This document shows positions 27,068 through 36,461 of a stretch of 39,586 nt of DNA, piece after piece. Source of the stretch: a virus (Duplodnaviria; Caudoviricetes); IMG/VR virus record IMGVR_UViG_3300048599_000719, positions 1 to 39,586 of that record; one strand, 5' to 3'. The notes below the pieces were generated by a model. That model worked only from the letters and a program-made list of their open reading frames with translations, did no database searches and was not told the DNA's origin. A program made the position numbers and the translations under genes. Position 1 is the stretch's first letter; each line of letters opens with the position of its first letter.

Positions 27068-27490
27068 ATGGCGCTTGGAACAGCAACCAGCGGCGTAGAC
27101 TTTCTCGTTGCAATTGAAACAGAGACAGGCACCTTCTCAACACTGGGCGGTCAGCGTTCGGCTACACTGAAACTCACCGCTGATTCAATAGATGCCAGCT
27201 GTAAGACTTCTGACGGATGGAAGGACACTATTCCAGGTTTATCTAGCTGGGGCATAGAGGGAGATGCGCTTGTCCTTTCAGGAGACAGCGCTTATGAAAA
27301 GCTGCTTGACGCTTTTCTTGAAAAAAAATCCGTGAATGTCAAGTATACACGTGCGGATGGTTCAAACTGGAACGGCAGCTGTACGGTCACAGACCTATCG
27401 GAAGAAAGTCCGCATGACGGAGTGGCTACATATAAAATCACACTTGAGGGGATCGGCAAGCCTACAAGGACCGCTGCCCCTAGTGCATAA
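27068..27490 (+). CDS. Major tail tube protein (TP901-1 type)
   Basis: GGQRSATL, IDAS.K, GW...IPG..SW, DGVATY.ITLEG.G. Confidence 0.9.
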   Translation: MALGTATSGVDFLVAIETETGTFSTLGGQRSATLKLTADSIDASCKTSDGWKDTIPGLSSWGIEGDALVLSGDSAYEKLLDAFLEKKSVNVKYTRADGSNWNGSCTVTDLSEESPHDGVATYKITLEGIGKPTRTAAPSA

Positions 27491-27505
27491 AATATTGATG
27501 ATCAT

Positions 27506-27540
27506 GGGACGCAGGCAGTTTCTGCGTCCCTATATTTTTA
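27506..27540 (+). terminator. Intrinsic terminator-like hairpin
   Basis: GGGACGCAG-gcagttt-CTGCGTCCC-TATATTTTT. Confidence 0.7.
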
Positions 27541-27562
27541 ATTTGATAAGGAGTGAAAACAA

Positions 27563-27928
27563 ATGGAACGAGTTTATATAGAAATAGGCGGCAAAGAAAG
27601 ACAGCTGCGCTATGACGTGAATGCGGTTGCTGATATAGAGGCGGTAATGGGCGGACAGAGCCTTATCGCAACAATGGGCAATCCCGGCACTCTCGGGATG
27701 CTTGCAATAAGGGCGCTGCTTTGGGGCGGGCTTAAGCATTCAGAGCGCGGTCTTACATTGCAGCGGGTCGGGGTAATGATACAGGAGTATTTGGACAAGG
27801 GCGGCGCGCTTAACGGGCTTATGGGGAAAATAAGCGATGCAATAGTTGCTGCCGGAGTACTTAAGGTCACAGATGACGAAAGCGAGGATCTCCCCGAGGG
27901 GGAAGAATTGCCAGCTGCGGAGAACTGA
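27563..27928 (+). CDS. Tail assembly chaperone (G)
   Basis: Position; IGGKERQLRYD, IRALLWGGL. Confidence 0.85.
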   Translation: MERVYIEIGGKERQLRYDVNAVADIEAVMGGQSLIATMGNPGTLGMLAIRALLWGGLKHSERGLTLQRVGVMIQEYLDKGGALNGLMGKISDAIVAAGVLKVTDDESEDLPEGEELPAAEN

Positions 27929-28245
27929 TCCGGCAGCTGGAACCTATAGCATATGGAGCTCTTGCTTTAAAACCGGATGAATTCGGACGGATGACATTCT
28001 CTGAATTGAATCTGATGATAAATGGGTATGCGTGGCGCAGGAAGCAGCGGGATGAATCAATGGCCATGCATATAGTGACAATATGCAACGCATGCGGCGT
28101 GAACCTTAAGCAGTTTATGACCATTAAAAATATTCTTGGCTATGATCCGAAAGAAGAAAAAAACAAAGAAAAAACAGCACTGAAATCAGGAGAGCAATTA
28201 AAACAAGAATTACAAGAGTTAATTCAAGAGCTGGGAGGTGATTAA
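27898..28245 (+). CDS. Tail assembly chaperone GT extension (-1 frameshift at G-GGG-GAA)
   Basis: The -1 frame is open from 27898: RIASCGELIRQLEPIAYGALALKPDEFGRMTFSE... Confidence 0.8.
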   Translation, partial: GGRIASCGELIRQLEPIAYGALALKPDEFGRMTFSELNLMINGYAWRRKQRDESMAMHIVTICNACGVNLKQFMTIKNILGYDPKEEKNKEKTALKSGEQLKQELQELIQELGGD

Positions 28246-31044
28246 ATGCCTGGAAACAGTGCCATTACGGTCATAATTGGAGCTGACAACAGTGATTTTT
28301 TAAAAGCGTGCAATCAATCACAGCGTGCGCTTAAAAAAACATTTGGGGCAGATGCCTTGGCGCTCTCCCAGAAATGTGCTACTGCTCTTGGTATAGTTAC
28401 AGCTGCGGCAGCTGGTCTTGGAATAGCATTCATTAAAATGTCCGCTGATTTTAAAGTGTCAGAAAGAGCATTCACCACCCTTCTTGGAAATACAGATCTA
28501 GCTAAGAAACACATGAATGACCTTGCCGAATTTGCAGCTAACACTCCGTTTGAATTAAAGGGCTTGGTTGAGACGTCCAAGAAGATGCTGGCTTTCCGAT
28601 TCCAGGCAGAAGATGTTATCCCAATAATGGCAGCGGTCGGAGATGCTGCCGCCATGCTCGGCTCAGGCCAGGAAGGAATCGACGGCATTATTATGGCCAT
28701 ATCTCAGATACAGGCCAAAGGACGTGCGCAAGGTGAGGAACTGCTTCAGCTCGCTGAACGAGGGGTTAATGCCTATAGATATCTTGCGGATGCTCTGGGG
28801 ACGGACGTGGCCGGTGCCATGGATCTTGTCAGAAAAGGAGCCGTTGACAGCACAACTGCCATAAATGCGATTGTCGGAGGAATGCAGCGGGATTTTAAAG
28901 GTGGAATGGAGGGACTTTCGCGGGAAATTCCAGGAATTCTATCCAACATATCAGACAATGCTACTCGGGTCATGCGCTCCATAGGAAATGAAATTACAGA
29001 GGCGTTTGACGTAAAAGAAAAGCTTGCCAGTGCCTCCGCAGCGTTTTCAAATTTTGCAGCGGAAGTTGAATCCAACGGATTGAGTGAGGCATTAAAAAAG
29101 ATAGTGCCGCCTGAGGTTACTCTTGCTATTTTTGCGTTTGCCGGAGCAATTACAGCTGCCGCAATTCCTGCACTTGTAAAAATGGGGCTTGCAGCGGCTG
29201 CGGCGTTAAAGCCTCTTTTGCCGTATATAGTGGCAGGAGCTGCTCTCGGTTCGGTTGCATGGGTTATATGGCGTGCATGGAGCCCAGTCGCGGATTTATT
29301 TGGCAATACATGGGCATATATTTTAAGTGCGACTAACAAGACCGTTAATAAAATTTTTGAGGTCCTTTACGGTTTTGCGCAGAAAGCTCTTAAATTACTA
29401 AGGCCTGTATTCAACCTCTTTGGCATGGATGATGTTGCTCAGTCATGGAGCAACGCTGTATCAAGCAAGCTGCAGGTAGCAACGGCAAATATTGGAATAG
29501 AAACCGGAAAGCAGAAAGAATCTTTGCAAGGCATGTCCAGATCATGGGAAGAAACAAAAAACAGCATAGTCGGAAGTGTCGGCAAAATAGCAAGCGCGGC
29601 AAAAAGCCTTAATACTACATTCAATGGCTTATCAGGTGCAAGCAGTGTTAATTCCGGAAGTCAGACAGATGGCAGCGGAAAATCCGCATCAAAGGCGCCG
29701 AAAGAAAAGACAATCAAAATTAGGGTGGAAACACCTGGTAAAACATTTGAACAAATTGAAGTTGAATGGCAGCAGACGCGTAACGGCATTATCGACAAGG
29801 CTCAGGATCTCGGCCAGAGTATAAAGGACAGAATTGCGACAGTTGGGCTTAAAGGTGTCGAAAAAGAAAGATATGATATTTTTGCCGGCGCACGTGACAG
29901 CGTGAGTGAGATGGAGCGTTCATATCGGGACTTGTCTTTGCTCTTCCGCAACAGCACAGTTGAGGAACAGGCTGAAATGCGTAAGGCATGGAGAGAATCC
30001 GGAGTTGTCTTTGAAGAAGTTGAACAGGGAAAAGTCAGCTTCGTTCAGCAGATGGCTAACGAACGCCAGCTGATAGAGGCAGAGACTGCACAAAAACTTA
30101 AAGACCTTCACTATGAAGAGCGAAAATTCAATGATGACATGGAACAGGCTAAACTTGATTGTGACATGGCAGCCATGGAGACATTACTATCTTCCAAACA
30201 GGCGCTTATGAATCAGCAGCTTGAGGCCGAGCGCTCATACATGGATAGTTATTATGAGGCTTGGAAGGGCGCGCACAAGTCATGGCTTGAGTATATGACG
30301 GAAGCAATAACAGGTTTTAGGGATGCCTTGGCTTCAGGTATCTCAGATCTACTGACCGGAGCTGCTTCTGTCGGTGAAGCCCTTCAAGCCTTTGGCGAAA
30401 GCGTAATTCGGATACTTGCTGATATGGCGGCGTCATGGCTTGCGAACGTTATTGCCGTTCAGCTGTTCAAAATAGCGATGCCTGGCCAGGAAGATTCTGA
30501 ATCTCAACTTACGTCAATACTGGCCACATCTGTAGCGCGCCTGGGCGCAATCGCAGCAGAAACAGCAGCCTCTACAGCGTCAGCGGCAACAATTTCAGCT
30601 GCGCAGATCATGGGCAGCAAAGCCGTATCGGCTGCGGGACTTGCAGCGCTTGCAGCAGAAACAGCAGCGTCCGTAGCAGCTGGCGCCGCGGTAGCAGCAG
30701 CATGGGCTCCAGCTGCCGCCGCAGTTTCCCTTGCATCATTCGGTTCTAACAGTGGGCCAGCAATGGCCGGAATAACCGCAACTCATGCCTTGTCTAAAGC
30801 TTTATCCGTTCCAGGCCTTGCAGATGGAGGGATCGTCAGCAAGGCAACGCTTGCCCTTATAGGTGAAGGCAAGGAAAAAGAAGCTGTTGTGCCGCTCAAT
30901 CGCCGTGTATTTGAGCGTATGGGACTTACCGGCGGCGGACGGACTATTACACAGAATGTATATGGAGACATTAACAACGCCGCCGATCTCGATGACCTCT
31001 TCGGAAGCCTCAATAAAGCTGTTGCTGCAGGCTTGAGGGGGTGA
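28246..31044 (+). CDS. Tape measure protein
   Basis: FAANTPFE tape-measure domain, Ala-rich, LADGGIV...GE.G.E.V.PL end. Confidence 0.93.
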   Translation: MPGNSAITVIIGADNSDFLKACNQSQRALKKTFGADALALSQKCATALGIVTAAAAGLGIAFIKMSADFKVSERAFTTLLGNTDLAKKHMNDLAEFAANTPFELKGLVETSKKMLAFRFQAEDVIPIMAAVGDAAAMLGSGQEGIDGIIMAISQIQAKGRAQGEELLQLAERGVNAYRYLADALGTDVAGAMDLVRKGAVDSTTAINAIVGGMQRDFKGGMEGLSREIPGILSNISDNATRVMRSIGNEITEAFDVKEKLASASAAFSNFAAEVESNGLSEALKKIVPPEVTLAIFAFAGAITAAAIPALVKMGLAAAAALKPLLPYIVAGAALGSVAWVIWRAWSPVADLFGNTWAYILSATNKTVNKIFEVLYGFAQKALKLLRPVFNLFGMDDVAQSWSNAVSSKLQVATANIGIETGKQKESLQGMSRSWEETKNSIVGSVGKIASAAKSLNTTFNGLSGASSVNSGSQTDGSGKSASKAPKEKTIKIRVETPGKTFEQIEVEWQQTRNGIIDKAQDLGQSIKDRIATVGLKGVEKERYDIFAGARDSVSEMERSYRDLSLLFRNSTVEEQAEMRKAWRESGVVFEEVEQGKVSFVQQMANERQLIEAETAQKLKDLHYEERKFNDDMEQAKLDCDMAAMETLLSSKQALMNQQLEAERSYMDSYYEAWKGAHKSWLEYMTEAITGFRDALASGISDLLTGAASVGEALQAFGESVIRILADMAASWLANVIAVQLFKIAMPGQEDSESQLTSILATSVARLGAIAAETAASTASAATISAAQIMGSKAVSAAGLAALAAETAASVAAGAAVAAAWAPAAAAVSLASFGSNSGPAMAGITATHALSKALSVPGLADGGIVSKATLALIGEGKEKEAVVPLNRRVFERMGLTGGGRTITQNVYGDINNAADLDDLFGSLNKAVAAGLRG

Positions 31045-31048
31045 TGTC

Positions 31049-31801
31049 ATGCTGAAAGTTATAAAAGGTTCTGATATATGGTCTCTTGGTGTAGGCTGGG
31101 AAATAAGCGCGGAAAAAATTAAGCTTCGCAATAAGCTGGAAAGCCGCAGTTTTGCACATGGTGCTGACAATATCGGGGATGGTAAGGTTGACGGACGTAC
31201 GTTAGAAATTAAATTTGATGTGCGCGAGGATTCGCAAACTGCCCGAGACGATATGATCAATGAAGCGTTTGCTAAATTTTCGCAAGCTGATTATGAACTG
31301 ATAGCTGGGCGGACTGACCGCGTTTATAAGATAGCAGGCCTTGCTCAGTTTAATATCGAGGACAGGGAAGGATTTAAACAACGCTGGTCTGAAATAACTG
31401 TTGTAATGAACCTTGCTGATCCGTTCAGATACGCAAGAATACCCACAGTAACAAAATTAACATTTGGGGAAGCTGTTGAAGAGTTTGAGACACTTCTCAA
31501 TAACGCGTCCGGGGTAGATGTTCCATTGATATGGACATTTACACCTGCTGTGACAATGGATGACATAAAAGTCCTCCATGTTGAAAGCGGCCAGCTCTTT
31601 ACCTATAAGGACACAGTTCTCACGGCCCCTGCAGTTGGTGTTGTCAATGCAATGAACGGTACGGTCCGACGTGATGAATATAACGCCATTAATGCATTCA
31701 GCGGGATATTTCTGCATGCTGCACCTGGTAATAATACATATAAGATCAGCTGCGCAGCCGGGCAAGTCGATATTGCATATACGGGGCGGTGGATCTCGTG
31801 A
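31049..31801 (+). CDS. Distal tail protein (Dit-like)
   Basis: Follows TMP; R.LEI.F, ADPF.Y, PGNN. Confidence 0.75.
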   Translation: MLKVIKGSDIWSLGVGWEISAEKIKLRNKLESRSFAHGADNIGDGKVDGRTLEIKFDVREDSQTARDDMINEAFAKFSQADYELIAGRTDRVYKIAGLAQFNIEDREGFKQRWSEITVVMNLADPFRYARIPTVTKLTFGEAVEEFETLLNNASGVDVPLIWTFTPAVTMDDIKVLHVESGQLFTYKDTVLTAPAVGVVNAMNGTVRRDEYNAINAFSGIFLHAAPGNNTYKISCAAGQVDIAYTGRWIS

Positions 31802-33021
31802 CAAGTAATATCATTTTTGCCCGCAGACTTTTTGGATGCTGGATATTCAGCCAGAATATCCAAACTAAAAAAGACAAAGCGGTTGTATTAAATCCATGTA
31901 CTTACAGTGTAATCGCTTACGATAAAAACGGTCTTGCCACAGCCATCTTTGGCGCAGGCTCTGAGAATGACATGCTGACTGAGCTTAAGTTTGAGCTGAT
32001 AGAAACAGGATGCGGTGCATTCTCTTTGACATTTTCGCGGCTTCCTACACAGGCAGAGCTTAATTACCGCCAGCGCGTAGATATTCACCTATTCGGAGAC
32101 ACACAGCCATGGTTTTCAGGATACATAATAACCCGCCCTATACACGGTACGACAGAAAACAGCTATGAGTTTGAGGGGCACGGCTATTACAACTTGCTTG
32201 AAAAGGTCCTGATATTCAGAACATATGAGAACATGGAAGTTTCTGCCATAGCAATGGATATTGTACGTATTATTGAAACAAAGACAGGCCTGCCAGTACG
32301 CACCGATAAGATAGTTGCAACGGACTACATAATTTCAAATATCAAATTTGACGGTGTGACTGCGAAAGAAGCGCTTGAAGAGCTTGCAGAATTTGCCATT
32401 GATTACGTATTTGGAATTGATGAATACCGTCATGTTTATTTCAAGCCGCGTTACACAGCCATCAATGAAGAGGCGCGCTTCTGGGTCGGCGAGCATATTA
32501 GAGAATATGTGCCGAAGTGGGATGTTGAAAAAATCGTAAACTGGGCACGAATCAAAGGCGGGACGGTAAACACTGACGGCGAACAGTGGCTTGCGGTAGT
32601 CGAAGACACAGCAAGTCAGGAAATTTATGGGATCCAAGAAAAAGTATGGACATTGCCTACCGCATATTCGGAAGGGGATGCCCAACGGTGGGGCGATAAC
32701 CAGATCGCGCAGTATAAAGCTCCCATTAAGTCAGCGAAAATAAAGGGAGTCAGGCTTGCATATCCGCAGGCTGATGGTTCGTTTGCGGTTCGGCATTTAA
32801 ATACGGACGGGCAGGCGCTTATCAATACACTTGATGGAGAGGCTGTTGTATATCCAATTACAAAAATCAAATACACACTAACGCCTGACAAGGGACTAGT
32901 ATGTGAAATGGAGCTTGGAGAGCAGCCATTCACAATAGATAGATATCTTGCCGGACTTGAGCGTGATCACAAAAACAGTGAGCTGTTACAGGCAGCTGCG
33001 ACAAAACAGCTAAAGGGGTGA
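31798..33021 (+). CDS. Tail tip / baseplate hub (Tal-like) protein
   Basis: Position after Dit; WFSGYI, FG.DE...YF, YG..E motifs. Confidence 0.7.
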   Translation: MTSNIIFARRLFGCWIFSQNIQTKKDKAVVLNPCTYSVIAYDKNGLATAIFGAGSENDMLTELKFELIETGCGAFSLTFSRLPTQAELNYRQRVDIHLFGDTQPWFSGYIITRPIHGTTENSYEFEGHGYYNLLEKVLIFRTYENMEVSAIAMDIVRIIETKTGLPVRTDKIVATDYIISNIKFDGVTAKEALEELAEFAIDYVFGIDEYRHVYFKPRYTAINEEARFWVGEHIREYVPKWDVEKIVNWARIKGGTVNTDGEQWLAVVEDTASQEIYGIQEKVWTLPTAYSEGDAQRWGDNQIAQYKAPIKSAKIKGVRLAYPQADGSFAVRHLNTDGQALINTLDGEAVVYPITKIKYTLTPDKGLVCEMELGEQPFTIDRYLAGLERDHKNSELLQAAATKQLKG

Positions 33022-33026
33022 CGTAA

Positions 33027-33974
33027 ATGGCGCATGATTTTAGGTATAACCAGTGGATAGATGCATTGGAGCCGCTCACGATTACAAATGAAGTTCACAC
33101 TATACCGTTAAGCAGTCCGTATGAGGTACGCCTTAATGAAGTGCCGCAGAAGACTGATCCAAGTTCCCTTGTAGTGAAATATACATCAAGCGGGACCGCG
33201 CTGACTGAAAAAGCAGAACAGCCGGCAGAGGGACAATTCTGGCCAGATTACAACACAAGCGCGAATGGGGATGAAAACTGGAATACAGGAACACTCCTAT
33301 TCAACAGCGCTGACGCAGGAAAAGAGATCACCGTTTCTTATAAAGGGCTTGGTACGCTGGTGGATGTTGCAAGAATTTTAGAAATACAGGGATGCGAGAT
33401 ATTCACAGTTTCTGGTAACTGGATTTGCCCAAAAGGTAAAACACACGTGAACGTTCTTCTTGTCGGCGGCGGTGGCGGAGGCGGCGGAAAGAATTCAAGT
33501 AACGGCTATACAAGAGGCGGTGATGGTGGCAATAGCTCTTTTGGTGGCACACTTCTTGTTGCTAATGGTGGTCAGGGTGCTTTAATAGGAACAACCGCTG
33601 CAAAATCAGGGACAATTTCAACATCATCAACTTCTGCATTTATAGAACTGGCATCCTTTTATGCCGGTACTGGTGGTGCTGGTGGTGCCATGAATACCGA
33701 TGGTGGAAATGCTACAGGTTATGGTAATAGCGGTGGTAATTCTGGACTGAATATTAGCAAAGGAGCAGATGGTACTTATTGTAATATGAACGGTACTGCT
33801 GGCAGTTCATCAGGGGTCATTGGCAGTTCTGCTGGTGGTGGTGCTTTATATGCCGTAGCAGTACCAGTTACAGCAGGGAACACATATACAATCACAATCG
33901 GGGCTGGCGGTATTGGCGGTGACAACACATATGACGGCGGGGACGGCTCGCCTGGAATCTGCATCATATGGTGA
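33027..33974 (+). CDS. Glycine-rich tail fibre / receptor-binding protein
   Basis: FT.SG.W..P, VGGGGGGG, VTAGNTYTITIGAGG, G.PG..II.W. Confidence 0.75.
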   Translation: MAHDFRYNQWIDALEPLTITNEVHTIPLSSPYEVRLNEVPQKTDPSSLVVKYTSSGTALTEKAEQPAEGQFWPDYNTSANGDENWNTGTLLFNSADAGKEITVSYKGLGTLVDVARILEIQGCEIFTVSGNWICPKGKTHVNVLLVGGGGGGGGKNSSNGYTRGGDGGNSSFGGTLLVANGGQGALIGTTAAKSGTISTSSTSAFIELASFYAGTGGAGGAMNTDGGNATGYGNSGGNSGLNISKGADGTYCNMNGTAGSSSGVIGSSAGGGALYAVAVPVTAGNTYTITIGAGGIGGDNTYDGGDGSPGICIIW

Positions 33975-33992
33975 TAAAAGGAGGTCTAAAAA

Positions 33993-34457
33993 ATGCCTAA
34001 ATTTTACAGCTCTTCCGGCAATCCTGAACTTTGGGCGGAAAAACCAAATGGATATTATACAGAAGCCGAATGGCAAGAATTACATCCGCCTGAACCTGAA
34101 ACTGAGCCTACCCTAGATGATTTAAAAACGGCCAAGCGGGCTGAGATTGCCAACGCACGTTACATAGCGGAACGTGCGGGGATGCCGTATAACGGAATTA
34201 CACTTAAGACGGATGATATTAGCCAGAATAAAATCACAGGTGCGGTTCTGGCTGCACTTGAAAATCCTGAATACACCATATCTGATTGGAAAATCAGCGA
34301 CGGGGTTTTTATTTCGCTTTCCAATGCTCAGATATTGGAAATTGGCCGAGCGTTGCGAAGTTTCGTGCAGGAAAAATTTACAAGGGAAAAAGACTTGTCG
34401 AACTTAATAGATGCAGCAGCAACGCAAGAAGAAATTAATTTAATTGAGTGGAGTTAG
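33993..34457 (+). CDS. DUF4376-like tail fibre assembly protein
   Basis: K.AK.AEI...RY, TD..SQ.KI, WK..DG, I.W end. Confidence 0.75.
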   Translation: MPKFYSSSGNPELWAEKPNGYYTEAEWQELHPPEPETEPTLDDLKTAKRAEIANARYIAERAGMPYNGITLKTDDISQNKITGAVLAALENPEYTISDWKISDGVFISLSNAQILEIGRALRSFVQEKFTREKDLSNLIDAAATQEEINLIEWS

Positions 34458-34458
34458 A

Positions 34459-34488
34459 AGAGAGGCCGTAAGGGCTTCTTTTTTTTTT
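34459..34488 (+). terminator. Intrinsic terminator
   Basis: AGAGGCC-gtaag-GGCTTCT followed by a long T run. Confidence 0.7.
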
Positions 34489-34514
34489 ACAAAAAAATAT
34501 GAGGAGGAATTATA

Positions 34515-35216
34515 ATGGCTAACTACTTCAACTTAACTCTTGATACGTTGGGACCAGCCGGAATATCTCTGACGCTCAACAGCGGTGCTACATACGCAAC
34601 AACCCAGTTGATTAATGCTGTTCTTACCACAACTGACGGAAATACAAGCGGTTACCAGATGAAGATCTGGGGTGATATTGATTTAACCTGGGCTAAATCA
34701 AACGGCATCGTATCAGAAAGTGCGACAGAGGTCACAGAAGCAACCGCGCAGTGGATGTCATTGGAATCTCCTAAGCAGATAAAATTATCGGGCACTGATG
34801 GTGCGAAGACGGTTAACGCAAAGCTCCGTGATGATGTATATAACGAAAGTGCACAGACCAGCGCATCAATCACACTTGATACTACACGTCCGATAGTAAC
34901 GATAACTGGTCCTGATGTTACCAAAATATCTAAAATGTCCGGTAAAAATGAGGCATCATTTACATTCTCTGTCGATTCTGCATTTACTGAATATAAAGTC
35001 AAAGTCGTAGCCGCTTCCGGAGCCGATGAAAGCACAGGAGCACAGATCGGTACGGCGAACGGATCAAGCAATATGTCGGCTACTGGCACCTTTGCAGCAT
35101 CAACACCTATTACTTCAAAAATAAATGGGGCTGACCTCGAAGCTGCCAGCAGCGGTGATGGGACAAAAATAGTCAAAATTTTTGTAAAGGATACCGCTGG
35201 GAACTGGAGCGTATAA
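34515..35216 (+). CDS. Two-Ig-domain virion protein (putative major fibre subunit)
   Basis: LTLDTLGP and ITLDTTRP linkers, D.VYN/D.AGN turns, Thr/Ser/Ala-rich; strong GAGGAGG SD. Confidence 0.7.
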   Translation: MANYFNLTLDTLGPAGISLTLNSGATYATTQLINAVLTTTDGNTSGYQMKIWGDIDLTWAKSNGIVSESATEVTEATAQWMSLESPKQIKLSGTDGAKTVNAKLRDDVYNESAQTSASITLDTTRPIVTITGPDVTKISKMSGKNEASFTFSVDSAFTEYKVKVVAASGADESTGAQIGTANGSSNMSATGTFAASTPITSKINGADLEAASSGDGTKIVKIFVKDTAGNWSV

Positions 35217-35217
35217 G

Positions 35218-35613
35218 ATGTCAGCGCCTGTAATCAGTATTGCACAGGCGACGCGCAGCAGAATCAGCAAGAATAGCGGCCTCAGTACATCAACTATTGA
35301 ATTTACATCTGACCAGGATTTAATAGCATGGGAGGCCAGGGCAGACGGCAGCGGAGTAGGGGAAGGTCTATTGGTTGGGCAAAGCGAGTCAGCGGCGGTG
35401 GAGACAGTAATCCAACACATTTTCGGGCGTTTGGTTTTTGGACGCTCTATTTTTAAAAAAGGAGTATCTGTTTCACCGCCGGTGATTCTTACAGCTGATA
35501 CTGTTGCATCGTTTGAGGTTGACGCTTCAGAACTTACAAACGGCGATAAGACATACCGGATCACTGTATACGGACAAAACAAGTCAAGGGTGTGGTCAGG
35601 TTATGTTATCTAA
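35218..35613 (+). CDS. Single Ig-like domain protein, paralogue of domain 2 of the upstream gene
   Basis: PVISI...RISKNSG....FTSD versus PIVTI...KISKMSG....FSVD; similar C-termini. Confidence 0.65.
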   Translation: MSAPVISIAQATRSRISKNSGLSTSTIEFTSDQDLIAWEARADGSGVGEGLLVGQSESAAVETVIQHIFGRLVFGRSIFKKGVSVSPPVILTADTVASFEVDASELTNGDKTYRITVYGQNKSRVWSGYVI

Positions 35614-36118
35614 TGGATTTTTTTATTTGGTGCTTGATACAACTGGGCCGCGGATTACATTAGCAGGGTTGCCTTATACAATGCGAGGCATTGACTATGA
35701 GATCACAATTATGAGTAATGAGGCGATGGATCCCGGAATGCAGTTTGTTTTTGCAGAGGATAAAAATGGGAAAATTGAACAAGTAATAATGTCTCTGTCG
35801 AAGGACGGGATGAGCCTTTCCGGTACGTCGCAGTTCTTAGCTTTGGTTCCTGGCCCAGTAACGATAACCGCGCAGGTTTGCGATGACGTTGGAAACATTT
35901 CAAATGTGACAGACCTCACGATAAATTTACTTGATAGTGGATTCTATTACTGCGATATCGAAGCAAGGTCTGCGGATGCGGATGTTGGTATACTTGCCGC
36001 AACAGCAGATATTGAAACTCATGCGCCGGAAGTACTGCTTGATATCTTGCCTGGTTTATGCGAAATCAGTTATACAGCTGCGACGGCGAGTATGGCTATT
36101 GAAAGGGTGAGGCTATGA
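35603..36118 (+). CDS. Ig-like protein with beta-rich C-terminal tail
   Basis: FYLVLDTTGP, DDVGNIS. Confidence 0.65.
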   Translation: MLSNGFFYLVLDTTGPRITLAGLPYTMRGIDYEITIMSNEAMDPGMQFVFAEDKNGKIEQVIMSLSKDGMSLSGTSQFLALVPGPVTITAQVCDDVGNISNVTDLTINLLDSGFYYCDIEARSADADVGILAATADIETHAPEVLLDILPGLCEISYTAATASMAIERVRL

Positions 36119-36381
36119 ATTGTTTAACCGGGAATACATTAAGGCTGTCAGCTGTATTCAAAGACTTCAACGGTGACGTAGTCATGCCCGACAGCGTTAT
36201 CTGCCGTATCTATGATGCTCAGCGTTCAAAAATTGCAGAATATCACCCAATCCTTATTGACGGGGAATATGTGTGTTATCACACACCAGAGACCTCAGGA
36301 GCGTTCTATGTTGAGTTTTACGGAACAGTGGGAACGCTTCCTATCCTCAATCGACAGAAAAACGAAGCTAATTTTATTTAA
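36115..36381 (+). CDS. Small beta-sandwich protein (BppU N-terminal-like adaptor)
   Basis: GNTLRL...FKDFNG, G.Y, G.FY.EF.G pattern. Confidence 0.55.
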   Translation: MNCLTGNTLRLSAVFKDFNGDVVMPDSVICRIYDAQRSKIAEYHPILIDGEYVCYHTPETSGAFYVEFYGTVGTLPILNRQKNEANFI

Positions 36382-36403
36382 TAGCAAATGTTTATACTGG
36401 AGC

Positions 36404-36436
36404 GCCCTCGCCGTTTTGGCGGGGGCTTGTTATTTA
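36404..36436 (+). terminator. Terminator-like hairpin before the lysis genes
   Basis: GCCCTCGCC-gtttt-GGCGGGGGC-TTGTTATTT. Confidence 0.55.
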
Positions 36437-36461
36437 TATGGACATTTTGAGGTGATTAAGA

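Noticed and set aside
30550-30680. Repeated GCAGCAGAAACAGCAGC (AAETAAS) in the tape measure gene
   Set aside because: Short Ala-rich repeats are normal in tape measure proteins.
33027-34457. Diversity-generating retroelement or invertible tail-fibre cassette
   Set aside because: No reverse transcriptase or invertase, and I saw no template/variable repeat pair.
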